NCBI GenBank assembly: GCA_963804165.1
Contig: CAWDPO010000002.1
Coordinates: 1-64,000 of the forward strand
Direction of reading: 5' to 3'
DNA: 64,000 nt
Origin: an uncultured delta proteobacterium
GTDB taxonomy: Bacteria; Desulfobacterota; Binatia; UBA9968
Below the pieces are notes generated by a model. It saw only the letters and a list, made by a program, of their open reading frames with translations, searched no databases and was not told the DNA's origin. The position numbers and the translations under genes are program-made. Below are positions 29,714 to 42,305 of this stretch, one piece after another. How positions within the stretch are numbered: the stretch's first letter is position 1; every line of letters starts with the position of its first letter.

Positions 29714-30062
29714 TTTTACTTGCCCTCCTGTTTACTGCGATCTTTCAGGCATGCGTTCAACGTAAGGGAATCATGCAGATGATTCGAGTCGTATTCGCCT
29801 CGAAGCTTGTTGTGACAGAGAAGGACACGATCGTTTTGAGAAAGGGCAAGGTCTGGCACCTAACGCGAACCGCCGCCCGGCTGGGTAGTCGGGCGGCTAT
29901 TGACAATTCCTGACCGCTGATTGCAGTCCCACGTGCGCTGTTGGTGGAGCTGTGCTTGCGGGGTGCGCTCCCATCAAGTGAGAAGCGATGGCGTTGGAGA
30001 GTCGGCCGAAAAAAGCTTGTATGCTTGTGCGTAACCAGACTCTCTCAGCGGCTTGTATAATA

Positions 30063-30079
30063 TCTATTAATATGATAGA
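30063..30079. promoter_or_regulatory. candidate operator, possibly Rrf2 (CymR/IscR-like) type
   Basis: AT-rich inverted repeat TCTAT-n7-ATAGA just upstream of the TauE gene. Confidence 0.4.
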
Positions 30080-30090
30080 GTTAATGAAGT

Positions 30091-31032
30091 ATGCGGGACC
30101 TCTTACTATTTGCCCTTGCGGGCTTCGCGGCTTCGCTTGTGGATGGCGCACTTGGAATGGGCTTCGGGCCGACGAGTTCGAGCATCTTGCTCGGCAGCGG
30201 CCTCGCACCGGCCGCGGTGTCCACCTCGGTCAATCTCGCGAAAATGGCGACCGGCGTTGTCGCTGCTATCTCTCACTGGCGGTTTCGCAACATCGATGCC
30301 CGTCTCGTCTTCAAGCTGGCGGTGCCTGGCTGCGTCGGTGCCATCGCTGGGGTCACCGTTCTTTCGAGCGTCAACGGCGCGACCCTGAGGCCCGTCCTAG
30401 CCATGTTGCTCACTGTCATCGGACTGCGAATCCTCGTGAGGTTCGCGCGTCCAACCAGCGCCAAAGAGCGTGAGAGCCACGAGTCCGACGAAGGTGCGAA
30501 TCAGATTCCTCCGTACGACCAGCGCGGCGTGAAGGTCACCGCGTTCATAGGTGGTATGACCAACGGCATGATCGGCGCCTGGGGCCCGGTCGTGACACCC
30601 TTTCTCTTGCACCGTAATGTTAGCCCACGCTTCGCGATCGGGTCCGTCAATACGGCCGAAGTCGCCGTGGCGTCGACGTCGGCTTTCTCGTTGATCGCGT
30701 CCATGGGAACCGGGGGTTTCAACCTCGCGGTCGTCGTCGCGATGCTGCTCGGCGGAGTCGTCGCCGCCCCCGTCGCCGCCTGGTTGATTCGGTTCGTCCC
30801 ACCAAGACCGATGGGCGTAGCGGTCGCCAGCCTCCTCCTGCTCACGAACGCGCGCGACCTGGCCGCATGGGGTGGGCTCGCGTCCGGACCATGGGTCTGG
30901 GCGATCTACGCGGGCATCATCAGTGTGGTAGCACTCGTGCTCTTCGCTTCGTGCGTACAGGCGCTCGGTGCGGGCTCTTTACAATTTCGTAGACGATCCC
31001 AATCAGCAGACGCGGATATTCAGTTAGGATAG
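30091..31032 (+). CDS. sulfite exporter TauE/SafE family protein
   Basis: AGFAASLVDGALGMGFG, SHWRFRN, GAWGPVVTP, AIGSVNTAE. Confidence 0.9.
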   Translation: MRDLLLFALAGFAASLVDGALGMGFGPTSSSILLGSGLAPAAVSTSVNLAKMATGVVAAISHWRFRNIDARLVFKLAVPGCVGAIAGVTVLSSVNGATLRPVLAMLLTVIGLRILVRFARPTSAKERESHESDEGANQIPPYDQRGVKVTAFIGGMTNGMIGAWGPVVTPFLLHRNVSPRFAIGSVNTAEVAVASTSAFSLIASMGTGGFNLAVVVAMLLGGVVAAPVAAWLIRFVPPRPMGVAVASLLLLTNARDLAAWGGLASGPWVWAIYAGIISVVALVLFASCVQALGAGSLQFRRRSQSADADIQLG

Positions 31033-31093
31033 TTCCGCAGCGACTCCGCACAGCGCGGCAGACGCGTGGGCTCGCGTAGCCGACCTACTCCAC

Positions 31094-31188
31094 CGGCTGG
31101 ATCAAGCGCATGAAGCGCACCATCCGAACGTTCGGCTGGCGCTTCAACCCCGACCGCATGGTGATGGACTACACGCGAAAATGCTACG
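31094..31188 (+). repeat. direct repeat copy 2 (duplicated glgP 3' fragment)
   Basis: Encodes GWIKRMKRTIRTFGWRFNPDRMVMDYTRKCY versus GWIKHMKRTIRTLGWRFNADRMVMDYTLKCY in GlgP. Confidence 0.9.
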
Positions 31189-31206
31189 CACTATGTGCAG
31201 AAAGCT

Positions 31207-31581
31207 ATGAGCGCACCAGAACACTTCGAGATAATGGAAAACCACGCGGTTTTCCGGCCAATCGGTCAGGTTTCGCTACAACAGGCCGTGGAAATGGTGA
31301 CCGCAGCGATTGGGTTTGCGCGTGCGCGGGACATCCGAAAGTTGCTGGTGATCACATCTGATCTTACTGGCTTCGAGCCGCCTACCATCACCACCCGCTA
31401 CTATTTCGTCAAGGAGTGGGCGGAGGCTTCGCGCGGGGCCGTGCGCGTCGCGCTGGTGGCCCAACCAGAGATGATTGATCCTCGGAAGTTCGGCGTCACC
31501 GTCGCCGCCAACAGCGGCCTTATCGGTGACGTATTTGCGTCTGAGGAGGAAGCACTAGCCTGGCTTCAGAACGCCAGGTGA
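31207..31581 (+). CDS. hypothetical protein, SpoIIAA/STAS-like
   Basis: KLLVITSDLTGF, VRVALVA, FGVTVAANSGL...VFASEEEALAWL ending typical of STAS/SEC14-like small proteins. Confidence 0.7.
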   Translation: MSAPEHFEIMENHAVFRPIGQVSLQQAVEMVTAAIGFARARDIRKLLVITSDLTGFEPPTITTRYYFVKEWAEASRGAVRVALVAQPEMIDPRKFGVTVAANSGLIGDVFASEEEALAWLQNAR

Positions 31582-31715
31582 AACGAACATGAATGGAGTG
31601 CGACCCAAAACGATCGCTCGAGCAAACCGCCACTGAGCGTTCAGCCTTGTGAGTCAGTCGCTTTGACCCCCGCCCGTCTCAGGAAACGTCAGTCGTTGCA
31701 TGAAGACGTATCCGT

Positions 31716-32525
31716 TCAGTATTTGACTTCAACTAAATACAGTCCATGCGGCGGGGCGGTGGGGCCCGCTTTGGTTCGGTCGCGCGCTGCCAATAATTCG
31801 TTGAACGATTCAGACGTGCGCGAACCGCGGCCCACTTCTACAAGAGTGCCGATGATACTGCGCACCATGTGGCGAAGAAATGCGGTCGCCTCAATTGTGT
31901 AAACCAGCAACTCGCCGCGTTGATCCAGAGACGTCCGGTAAACTTTTCGCACCGCATGCTCTGCGTCGCACGTTGCCGCTTGGAAGGACGAAAAATCATG
32001 CTCGCCGAGGAGGCACGGAATAGCGGTGCGCATCGCTTCAAGATCCAACTCCTCGTGCAGGTGCCAGACGCGGTTCAGATAGAACGGCGACTTCGTGGAA
32101 CGATTGAGGATGCGATATTCATACACCCGGCTGCGTCCATCGCGCCGCGCATCGAAGGAGTCGGGAACGATCTCGACTTCCCTAATAGCGATGTCGTCGG
32201 GGGTAAGCGCGTTGAGCGCGCGGCGAATTCGGTGCGGATTATATATTTCAGCTGAAAAAAAATTGGCCACCTGTCCCAGCGCATGAACGCCGGCATCGGT
32301 GCGCCCGGAGCCGGTTATCCGCGTGGGAGTCTTGAGAAAGGTCGAAACCGCTTGCTCCAAAACCCCTTGAATCGTCTCGCCGCGGGGCTGGATCTGCCAG
32401 CCGTGGTAGCGGGTCCCATCATATTCGATGGTGATCTTGATGTTCACACAAGAATGGTTTCGGGTCTTGGGTTTAGCGTAGAGCAATCGGTCGTCGGTCA
32501 CCGGCCCTATGATCACATTCGCCAC
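31716..32525 (-). CDS. truA: tRNA pseudouridine(38-40) synthase
   Basis: IEYDGTRYHGWQIQ, GSGRTDAGVHALGQ, FLRHMVR, TAPPHGLYL; true start may be GTG at 32447. Confidence 0.95.
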   Translation of the reverse strand: MANVIIGPVTDDRLLYAKPKTRNHSCVNIKITIEYDGTRYHGWQIQPRGETIQGVLEQAVSTFLKTPTRITGSGRTDAGVHALGQVANFFSAEIYNPHRIRRALNALTPDDIAIREVEIVPDSFDARRDGRSRVYEYRILNRSTKSPFYLNRVWHLHEELDLEAMRTAIPCLLGEHDFSSFQAATCDAEHAVRKVYRTSLDQRGELLVYTIEATAFLRHMVRSIIGTLVEVGRGSRTSESFNELLAARDRTKAGPTAPPHGLYLVEVKY

Positions 32526-32536
32526 CAGCGGGCAAG

Positions 32537-33559
32537 CTAGATGTAATCGCGGATCAGAATCTCGGCGATCTGGACGGCGTTCAGCGCCGCGCCTTTTCGC
32601 AGGTTGTCCGACACGACCCAGAGGTTGAGACCGTTGGTAATGGAATGATCCTCGCGAACTCTGCCGACGTAGGTAGCGTCTTTTCCGGTCGCATCGATCG
32701 CCATCGGATAGATGTTTTCTTCCGGCGCGTCAGCCAGTATGATACCCGGCGCTTCGCGGAGAATTTGCTTCGCTTCCGCCGCCGAAAGTTTCACCACGGT
32801 TTCAACGTTGACGGACTCCGAATGGCTGCAAAACACCGGCACGCGCACGGTCGTCGCGGTCACCGGCAAATTAGGCTCGCCTAGAATCTTGCGCGTTTCG
32901 TTGATCATCTTCACTTCTTCCTTGGTGTAGCCGTTCTCCAAGAAAGCATCGATTTGCGGGATGCAATTGAACGCGATCTGATGCGGAAACTTGTCTTTTT
33001 CGATTTCCTTGCCGTTGAAGAGCGCCGACACTTGCTGGCTTAATTCCTCCATCGCCTTGCGACCGGCACCCGAAACCGACTGATAGGTCGACACCACCAG
33101 CCGTTTTATGCGCACGGCATCGTGGATCGGCTTGAGCGCCACGACCATTTGAATGGTGGAACAATTGGGGTTGGCGATGATGCCGCGAGTTTGATAATTG
33201 GCGATATCTTTCGCGTTCACTTCGGGAACCACTAACGGAATGTCCGGCTCCATTCGAAAAGTAGAAGTATTGTCGACCACCACTGCGCCGGCGGCCACGG
33301 CGATCGGCGCGAATTTGGCGCTGATGCTGCCGCCGGCGGAAAATAGACCGATATCAATGTTCTCGAAGGAATCTTCCTGCAGCACTCCAACGCGAATCTG
33401 CTTTCCTTGGAATGAAAGTAATTGTCCCGCGGATCGCTCGGAGGCCAAGAGCCGGAGCTCGCCGACGGGAAACTCACGCTCTTCCAAAACTTCGCGCATC
33501 TGTTCGCCGACCAGCCCCGTGGCGCCGACGACGGCAACGTTGTACTTTTCCTTCTTCAC
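32537..33559 (-). CDS. asd: aspartate-semialdehyde dehydrogenase
   Basis: [46 protein letters not shown]. Confidence 0.97.
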   Translation of the reverse strand: MKKEKYNVAVVGATGLVGEQMREVLEEREFPVGELRLLASERSAGQLLSFQGKQIRVGVLQEDSFENIDIGLFSAGGSISAKFAPIAVAAGAVVVDNTSTFRMEPDIPLVVPEVNAKDIANYQTRGIIANPNCSTIQMVVALKPIHDAVRIKRLVVSTYQSVSGAGRKAMEELSQQVSALFNGKEIEKDKFPHQIAFNCIPQIDAFLENGYTKEEVKMINETRKILGEPNLPVTATTVRVPVFCSHSESVNVETVVKLSAAEAKQILREAPGIILADAPEENIYPMAIDATGKDATYVGRVREDHSITNGLNLWVVSDNLRKGAALNAVQIAEILIRDYI

Positions 33560-33565
33560 GGCTAA

Positions 33566-34653
33566 TTATCCCTTCGACCTTTCAATTCTGTCGCGGACCC
33601 ACCGGCCCATTTCCTTGCAGCCGACCAACTTGCAGCCCGGCTCTTGAATATCTGCGGTCCGATATCCATCGTTCAATACCGCTTCGACCGCGCCATCGAT
33701 CCGATCCGCCGCCGCTCCTTGATCGAGAGAGTGACGCAACATCATCGCGACGCTCAAAATAGTCGCCAGTGGATTGGCTTTGTCCTGCCCCATGATATCC
33801 GGCGCGGTGCCGTGGACCGGCTCATACATGCCGACTTTACCACCCAAACTGGCGGACGGCAGCATGCCGATGGACCCGGTAAGCATCGCCGCTTCGTCAC
33901 TCAAAATATCGCCGAACATGTTGGTCGTCACGACGACGTCAAACTGTTTGGGGTTGCGAATCAACTGCATGGCGCAGTTATCGACCAGCATGTGCTCCAA
34001 TTGCACGCCGGCGTAGCCCTCGTCTTTATGAATCTTCGTCACCACCCTGCGCCAGAGCTCAGTCACCTCCAACACATTCGCCTTATCGACGGAGGTTACT
34101 TTTTTTCGCCGCTTGAGCGCCGCTTGAAAAGCGACGTGAGCGATGCGCTCGATCTCCGGCGTCGTGTAGACCTCCGTGTTGACGCCGCGTTCGGTGCCGT
34201 CCGGCAGTTTGGTGATACCTTTGGGCTGGCCGAAATAGATCCCACCGGTCAGTTCGCGCACCACCAGGAGATCGGTTCCCTCGACCACCTCGCGCTTCAG
34301 TGTCGACGCCGAGGCGAGCGCAGAAAATAACTTCACGGGGCGAAGGTTGGCAAATAAACCGAGCTCTTGGCGCAATCCCAATAACGCTCGCTCAGGGCGA
34401 ATCGAGTAATCGAGCCCGTCCCATTTGGGACCGCCCATGGCCCCGAGCAATACTGCGTCACTCTGCTTGGTGAGATTAAGAACCGAATCGATGAGCGGTT
34501 TACCGTGCGCGTCGATGGACGCGCCGCCGACGATTCCCTCCTCCAACTCAACGTCAAATCCATAAAGCTTCGCCACCTGCTTGAGGACCTGAGTCCCCTC
34601 ACCCATCACCTCCGGTCCGATACCGTCTCCCGGTAAAACCGCAATCTTGTAGC

Positions 34654-34657
<4 letters not shown>
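33566..34657 (-). CDS. leuB: 3-isopropylmalate dehydrogenase
   Basis: [43 protein letters not shown]. Confidence 0.97.
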
Positions 34658-36219
<1,562 letters not shown>

Positions 36220-36260
36220 TTTCTCATCCCCTCGATGGTTGGTCCGTTGGCTCGCCCTAG

Positions 36261-36294
36261 AAATAAAAACTCCCGCGGCAGGGCCAACGGGAGT
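36261..36294 (-). terminator. intrinsic terminator between pssA and leuA
   Basis: Minus strand ACTCCCG-ttggccctgccg-CGGGAGT followed by TTTTATTT. Confidence 0.7.
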
Positions 36295-36324
36295 ATCAAT
36301 TTGCTTTTGACTAGAGTCAGGATC

Positions 36325-37182
36325 TCACGGCATCGCTTGCGCCGCCTCCCGTCTCCTCTCCCGCCGGTGCTTGTAGGTCGTTAAGCACCATAACAGAGGC
36401 CCGGATAACGTGTACAATAAGACAATCGTGAAAAACATAAGATGCCGCTCGGCAATGATCAGTGTAATCAAAACAAATCCAGAAACCAACATCCAAATCG
36501 GATGGCGCTTTCTGACGTCGTTATTTTTCAAGCTGAAGTATGGAATATTGCTGACCATCAAACCCGCCAAGCCATAAATCACCAACAACAGCGTCAAGTG
36601 GCGGCTTGGCGAGCCTTCGCCGCCGAGGTAATAATAGAGAATCACCGTAGAAGTGATCATTTGCGCCGCCGCGGGAATCGGCAGGCCGACAAAATGACTC
36701 TTCGACGCGCCGAGCGCCTGAACGTTGAAACGGGACAATCTCAACGCACCGCAAACGACGTAGGTGCACGCCGCCAGCCAACCCCAGGTATCCCATGGCA
36801 CCAGCGCCCAGAGGTAAACCAATACCGCGGGCGCGACGCCGAACGACACGACATCCGCCAAAGAATCAAACTCGAGTCCAAACTGGCTGGTGGTCTTGGT
36901 CAATCGCGCGGCGTAGCCGTCGATCCCGTCGCAGACATTCGCCAACAGGATGAGCAGCGCGGCAGTAACGTAATCGCCGCGAAAAGTGGCGATGATAGAG
37001 AAAAAGCCGCACATGAGATTGCCTGCGGTAAACAAGCTCGGGATCAGATAAACGCCCCGGCGCAGTTTTTCTTTGGGCATGCGATGCCGCAGCGACACCC
37101 GCGGCTTGCCGCGCCGGCGCAGCAGTCGAACATTGCCGCTCTCTTGTAGCGGATTAGGTTCTTGAGCATTCATGGCACTCAT
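36325..37182 (-). CDS. pssA: CDP-diacylglycerol--serine O-phosphatidyltransferase
   Basis: DGIDGYAAR...SQFGLEFDSLADVVSFGVAP, ALRLSRFN, FVGLPIPAAA. Confidence 0.95.
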   Translation of the reverse strand: MSAMNAQEPNPLQESGNVRLLRRRGKPRVSLRHRMPKEKLRRGVYLIPSLFTAGNLMCGFFSIIATFRGDYVTAALLILLANVCDGIDGYAARLTKTTSQFGLEFDSLADVVSFGVAPAVLVYLWALVPWDTWGWLAACTYVVCGALRLSRFNVQALGASKSHFVGLPIPAAAQMITSTVILYYYLGGEGSPSRHLTLLLVIYGLAGLMVSNIPYFSLKNNDVRKRHPIWMLVSGFVLITLIIAERHLMFFTIVLLYTLSGPLLWCLTTYKHRRERRREAAQAMP

Positions 37183-37808
37183 ACAAACCTCCCCAAGATG
37201 GTTTCACCGCCCTTAACGCGTTGTCCCTCGGTGACCTCGATTCGACAACCCCGCGGTAAATAAGCGTCGGTGCGCGAGCCAAACATGATCAGACCAAACC
37301 GGTCACCGCGTTTTACGTTATCGCCGCGCTTAACCTTGCAAACGATCCGGCGCGCCATCACGCCCGCGATTTGCACAACCCCCACCGCGCGGCCGTCATC
37401 ATCGACGAGTTTCAAAGCGTTCTGTTCGTTGCGCGCCGACGCCTCTTCTTTGTAGGCGGCGAGAAATTTCCCCCGTTGGTAGCTCACCTCTTCGATTTTG
37501 CCCGAAACCGGACTCCGATTGACATGGACATCCAGGGGCGAAAGGAAAATACTCACTCGCGCCGTCGCATCAGCAAACCGTGGATCTCCTTTTATGTCGA
37601 CAATGCTCACTACTTTACCGTCAGCGGGAGAAACAACAAGCCCCGTACCCGTTGGAATTGTTCGCTCCGGATCGCGAAAAAAACCTACGATTGCCAGCGC
37701 ACATACTCCAAGTATAACGCCGATCGCCACCCAACCAAACACGAAAGCCAAAATAGTTACGGCCGCCCCTGCCAGAATGAGTGGATAACCTTCCCGAGCA
37801 ATTTTCAT
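37179..37808 (-). CDS. psd: phosphatidylserine decarboxylase
   Basis: FFRDPER, SPADGKV, IFLSPLDVHVNRSP, FGS autocleavage motif. Confidence 0.95.
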   Translation of the reverse strand: MKIAREGYPLILAGAAVTILAFVFGWVAIGVILGVCALAIVGFFRDPERTIPTGTGLVVSPADGKVVSIVDIKGDPRFADATARVSIFLSPLDVHVNRSPVSGKIEEVSYQRGKFLAAYKEEASARNEQNALKLVDDDGRAVGVVQIAGVMARRIVCKVKRGDNVKRGDRFGLIMFGSRTDAYLPRGCRIEVTEGQRVKGGETILGRFV

Positions 37809-37841
37809 CCGCTTTCACAGCCTGACTCGATCGCACCGCGC

Positions 37842-38876
<1,035 letters not shown>

Positions 38877-38913
38877 TTAAGAGTCTCCAATATGCCGGTT
38901 GGTTGTTGGTAAG

Positions 38914-38994
38914 TCAATCGCAAGTGTCCGTAAGACAACAACTAATTGTAATAACGCTAACCGAAACTACGCCCGCTAAGAGGCGGCTTCGCAT
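38914..38994 (-). promoter_or_regulatory. putative ilvC leader peptide (26 aa, Leu/Val/Ile-rich)
   Basis: ATG..TGA encoding MRSRLLAGVVSVSVITISCCLTDTCD, ending 55 nt upstream of ilvC. Confidence 0.55.
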
Positions 38995-39173
38995 TGTGAG
39001 CTTGCTGTCCAGTTGCTAAAGTGAAAATAGAACTATGTGAGAGATCAAGCAAATCTCCGCGTTATGCCCGTTGACGAAAACTTTCCCGAACAGGTGAATC
39101 CGCGAAAAACTCTGCGTGGGTTTAAGTGGGTTTAATAAGTGGTAGCGCCAAGGAAAAGAGGTGAGTATCTTCC

Positions 39174-39467
39174 ATGAAGCGATTAGGTAAACATTTCATA
39201 ATAACGATTACGGCGGCCCTACTCTTTTCTGCAGCGTCCTGCGGCAAATCAGACGAAAAATCTGAAGGACCAGCGGAGCGAGCCGGCGCGAAGATGGGAA
39301 GAGCCATCGATCAAGCCGTAGAAAAAGCCCGTCCGGCCATGGAGAAAGCAGGCACGACCCTCAAGGAAACCGGTGAAAAAGTCAAAGAGGAGCTTTCCGA
39401 GGCCGTCGATAAGCTCAAAGAAAGCGCTAAGAAAGCCGCCGAAAAAATGCCCGATGACAAAAAGTAA
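39174..39467 (+). CDS. small Lys/Glu/Ala-rich lipoprotein
   Basis: Signal peptide with lipobox-like AASC, then GPAERAGAKMGRAID and helical EK repeats. Confidence 0.8.
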   Translation: MKRLGKHFIITITAALLFSAASCGKSDEKSEGPAERAGAKMGRAIDQAVEKARPAMEKAGTTLKETGEKVKEELSEAVDKLKESAKKAAEKMPDDKK

Positions 39468-39690
39468 AGGAGGCGCGACGCCGACATTCATCAGCGCGGA
39501 GACTAAAGTCAGAATCTTACGCCTGGCTTTATTGCTGCCCCGAAGTCACTCTTGCGCCGAGCGTCGCTCATTTCTCAGTTCCGGAGTCGAACGTAATTTA
39601 CCCAGCGGGGGCCGACGAACGCCGACTGACGCTGTTCTGATATCGAGCCGCGGGGGTTAATTCAAACGGGCCAGAGCTGCCGAACGGATG

Positions 39691-40212
39691 TCAGTTTTTT
39701 AGTAAAGCCGGCTCACGGCGCGGCGATGCAGTTCGTGTTGTTTCTCGGGAAATCGCGATCCGGCCGGTGCGCACCAGGTCTTTAATTCCCAACGGCTTGA
39801 GCATATTGATCATCGCTTCGACCTTATCGACATCACCGGTGATCTCGATCGTGTACGTGTTGGGTGAAGAATCGACGATCTTGGCGCGAAAAATATCTGC
39901 CAGCCGAATGGCTTCATCGCGATGCTCAGGCTTGGTATGCACTTTGATCAGCGCCGTTTCCCTGTCGAGAAAATGAGTCTCGGTCAGATCGACGACTTTT
40001 AGCACTTCAACGACCTTGTTGAGTTGCTTCATGATCTGCTCGATGATCCGATCGTCGCCGGCGGTGACGATGGTGATCATCGACGTCGTCGGATCTAACG
40101 TGGGAGCAACGGACAAGCTTTCAATGTTATAGCCGCGGGCACTGAACAGACCCGCAACTCTGGCGAGAACGCCAAACTTGTTCTCCACAAGAACCGATAT
40201 GATATGTTCCAT
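39691..40212 (-). CDS. ilvN: acetolactate synthase small subunit
   Basis: ISVLVENKFGVLARVAGLFSARGYNIESLSV, KQLNK, VRTG. Confidence 0.96.
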   Translation of the reverse strand: MEHIISVLVENKFGVLARVAGLFSARGYNIESLSVAPTLDPTTSMITIVTAGDDRIIEQIMKQLNKVVEVLKVVDLTETHFLDRETALIKVHTKPEHRDEAIRLADIFRAKIVDSSPNTYTIEITGDVDKVEAMINMLKPLGIKDLVRTGRIAISRETTRTASPRREPALLKN

Positions 40213-40224
40213 CCGCGAAAATCA

Positions 40225-42009
40225 TCAGGCAGGAAGAACGCCCTCCCCCTCATCGACCTTTCTCTTATGTCCTCCGCCTTTTTTCGCAACCCTGAGCTCA
40301 GGCGGATCTTCAAGCATCATTTCATGTTGCGCCCCGCCGGCGGGAATCATCGGGTAGCAGTTTTCATATGGGTCGGTATGGATATCCATCAGCACCGGCC
40401 CCTTGTGTTTTAAGCCCTCTTTCAGAACGGGCTCTACTTCGCTGGGCTTAACCGCGCGTAGTCCGGTGATACTGTAGGCATCCGCAAGCTTGACGAAATC
40501 CGGCATGGTACCCAAGAGGCTCGCCGAGTACCGACCTTCGTAGAAAAGATCCTGCCATTGCCGCACCATGCCGTGCACGCCGTTATTAAGCAAAACAATT
40601 TTGACGGGCAATTTACGCTCAGCGGCAACCACCAACTCTTGTAGGTTCATCTGGAAGCTGCCTTCGCTGGTTATGCAGATGACTTGCCGATCGGGAAATG
40701 CGATCTGGGCGCCAAGTGCGGCGGGAAAGCCGAAACCCATGGTGCCGAGCCCTCCCGACGTCAACCACGTCCGCGGCCGGTTTCCTTTAAAGTATTGCGC
40801 CGCGAACATCTGATGCTGGCCGACGTCCGTCGCCACGATCGCTTCGTGTTTCGTCAGGTTGTAGAGTTTTTCAATCACGAATTGCGGCTTGATGATTTTA
40901 TCGTTCTGCTTGTATGTCAGCGGATGCGTTTTTCTCCATTCATCGATTTGCTGTAGCCACGGTTTTCTCAGCGCTTTGATCTGCGCGGCGTTGCCGTCGA
41001 GCGAGCGAAGAATCAGGTTCAGCTGGCGCAAAACTGCTTTCACGTCGCCGACGATGGGAATGTGCGCGTGGAAGGTTTTCTTGATCGACGTGGGATCGAT
41101 GTCGATGTGAATGACGCGCGCCTCGGGACAGAACTCCGACAGCTTGCCCGTAACCCGATCATCAAAGCGTGCTCCGACCGCGATTAAAAGATCGGAGTAA
41201 TGCATCGCCATGTTGGTCCAATAGCCGCCGTGCATACCGAGCATGCCGAGCGACAACGGATGGGTGCCAGGAAAACTTCCCAAGCCCATGAGCGTCATGG
41301 TGACCGGGATTTGCGAGATCTCCGCCAGTTCACGGATCTCATCGGCCGCATCCGAGAAAATCGCCCCGCCGCCAATGTAGAGCATCGGCTTCTTTGCGCG
41401 CATGATCTCATCGGCGGCCTGCTTGATTTGGTTTTTGTTACCGCCGACCGTCGGATTATAGCCACGCAGGTTGATCTTGTCCGGATATTTGAACTCAGCC
41501 TTCGAGGTGCTCACATCTTTGGGGATGTCCACCAGCACTGGCCCCGGTCTGCCGCTTGTGGCGATATAAAAGGCTTCCTTGATCGTCTGCGCGAGGTCAT
41601 TGACGTCTTTCACGAGAACGTTATGTTTGGTGCACGGGCGGCTGATGCCGACGTTGTCGGCTTCCTGAAATGCGTCATTGCCGATGAGATCGGTGGAAAC
41701 TTGCCCCGTAAATGCGACGAGTGGAACGGAATCCATGTACGCATCGGCCAAGCCGGTGACGATATTAGTCATACCCGGGCCGGACGTGACCAATACGACG
41801 CCCGCCTTGCCTGTTGCCTTCGCGTATCCTTCGGCCATATGAGCCGCGCCCTGTTCGTGGCGGGTCAATACCAGATCGAGGTCCTTTTGCTGGCAGAGAA
41901 CGTCGAATATCTTCAACACCACTCCACCGGGCAAACCAAAAATTGTTTTGACCCCCTCGCGTCTGAGCGATTCACAAAATATTTCCGCTCCGGTCAATTT
42001 CATTATCAA
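40225..42009 (-). CDS. ilvB: acetolactate synthase large subunit
   Basis: RHEQGAAHMAEGYA, TSGPG, GRPGPVLVDIPKD, SGGLGTMGFG, GMVRQWQ. Confidence 0.97.
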   Translation of the reverse strand: MIMKLTGAEIFCESLRREGVKTIFGLPGGVVLKIFDVLCQQKDLDLVLTRHEQGAAHMAEGYAKATGKAGVVLVTSGPGMTNIVTGLADAYMDSVPLVAFTGQVSTDLIGNDAFQEADNVGISRPCTKHNVLVKDVNDLAQTIKEAFYIATSGRPGPVLVDIPKDVSTSKAEFKYPDKINLRGYNPTVGGNKNQIKQAADEIMRAKKPMLYIGGGAIFSDAADEIRELAEISQIPVTMTLMGLGSFPGTHPLSLGMLGMHGGYWTNMAMHYSDLLIAVGARFDDRVTGKLSEFCPEARVIHIDIDPTSIKKTFHAHIPIVGDVKAVLRQLNLILRSLDGNAAQIKALRKPWLQQIDEWRKTHPLTYKQNDKIIKPQFVIEKLYNLTKHEAIVATDVGQHQMFAAQYFKGNRPRTWLTSGGLGTMGFGFPAALGAQIAFPDRQVICITSEGSFQMNLQELVVAAERKLPVKIVLLNNGVHGMVRQWQDLFYEGRYSASLLGTMPDFVKLADAYSITGLRAVKPSEVEPVLKEGLKHKGPVLMDIHTDPYENCYPMIPAGGAQHEMMLEDPPELRVAKKGGGHKRKVDEGEGVLPA

Positions 42010-42015
42010 AGCTCC

Positions 42016-42252
42016 CTAATGGGCGGCGCCGGCTTGGCGATGTCTCCCCAGGATTTCCATCATGCGGTCTTTGCCGACGAGCTTCAGTTTTTGGATTTTT
42101 TTCATCTCCACTTCTTCTTCCGGCGTCAGATAATGCTTATGTTGAAACTCCGCGAGCTTCTTTTCGAGCTCCCGGTGTTCATCGTAAAACCTCTTCAGCT
42201 CTGGGTCTTTGTCCAACAGGGAGACAATCGCGTGTTCATCTTTACTTTCCAT
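42016..42252 (-). CDS. DUF465/YdcH family protein
   Basis: 78 aa, EHRELEKKL...LTPEEEVEMKKIQKLKLVGKDRM. Confidence 0.8.
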   Translation of the reverse strand: MESKDEHAIVSLLDKDPELKRFYDEHRELEKKLAEFQHKHYLTPEEEVEMKKIQKLKLVGKDRMMEILGRHRQAGAAH

Positions 42253-42305
42253 ACGGCGGCCTCCTTTTTTAGATCAAAAAATATTTCGGCGGAAGTCAAT
42301 CTAAC

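Noticed and set aside
36225-36325. Leu-rich leader peptide for leuA (frame ILTLVKSKLILPLALPREFLFL)
   Set aside because: No ATG/GTG start with an SD, and the frame runs through the terminator instead of stopping before it.
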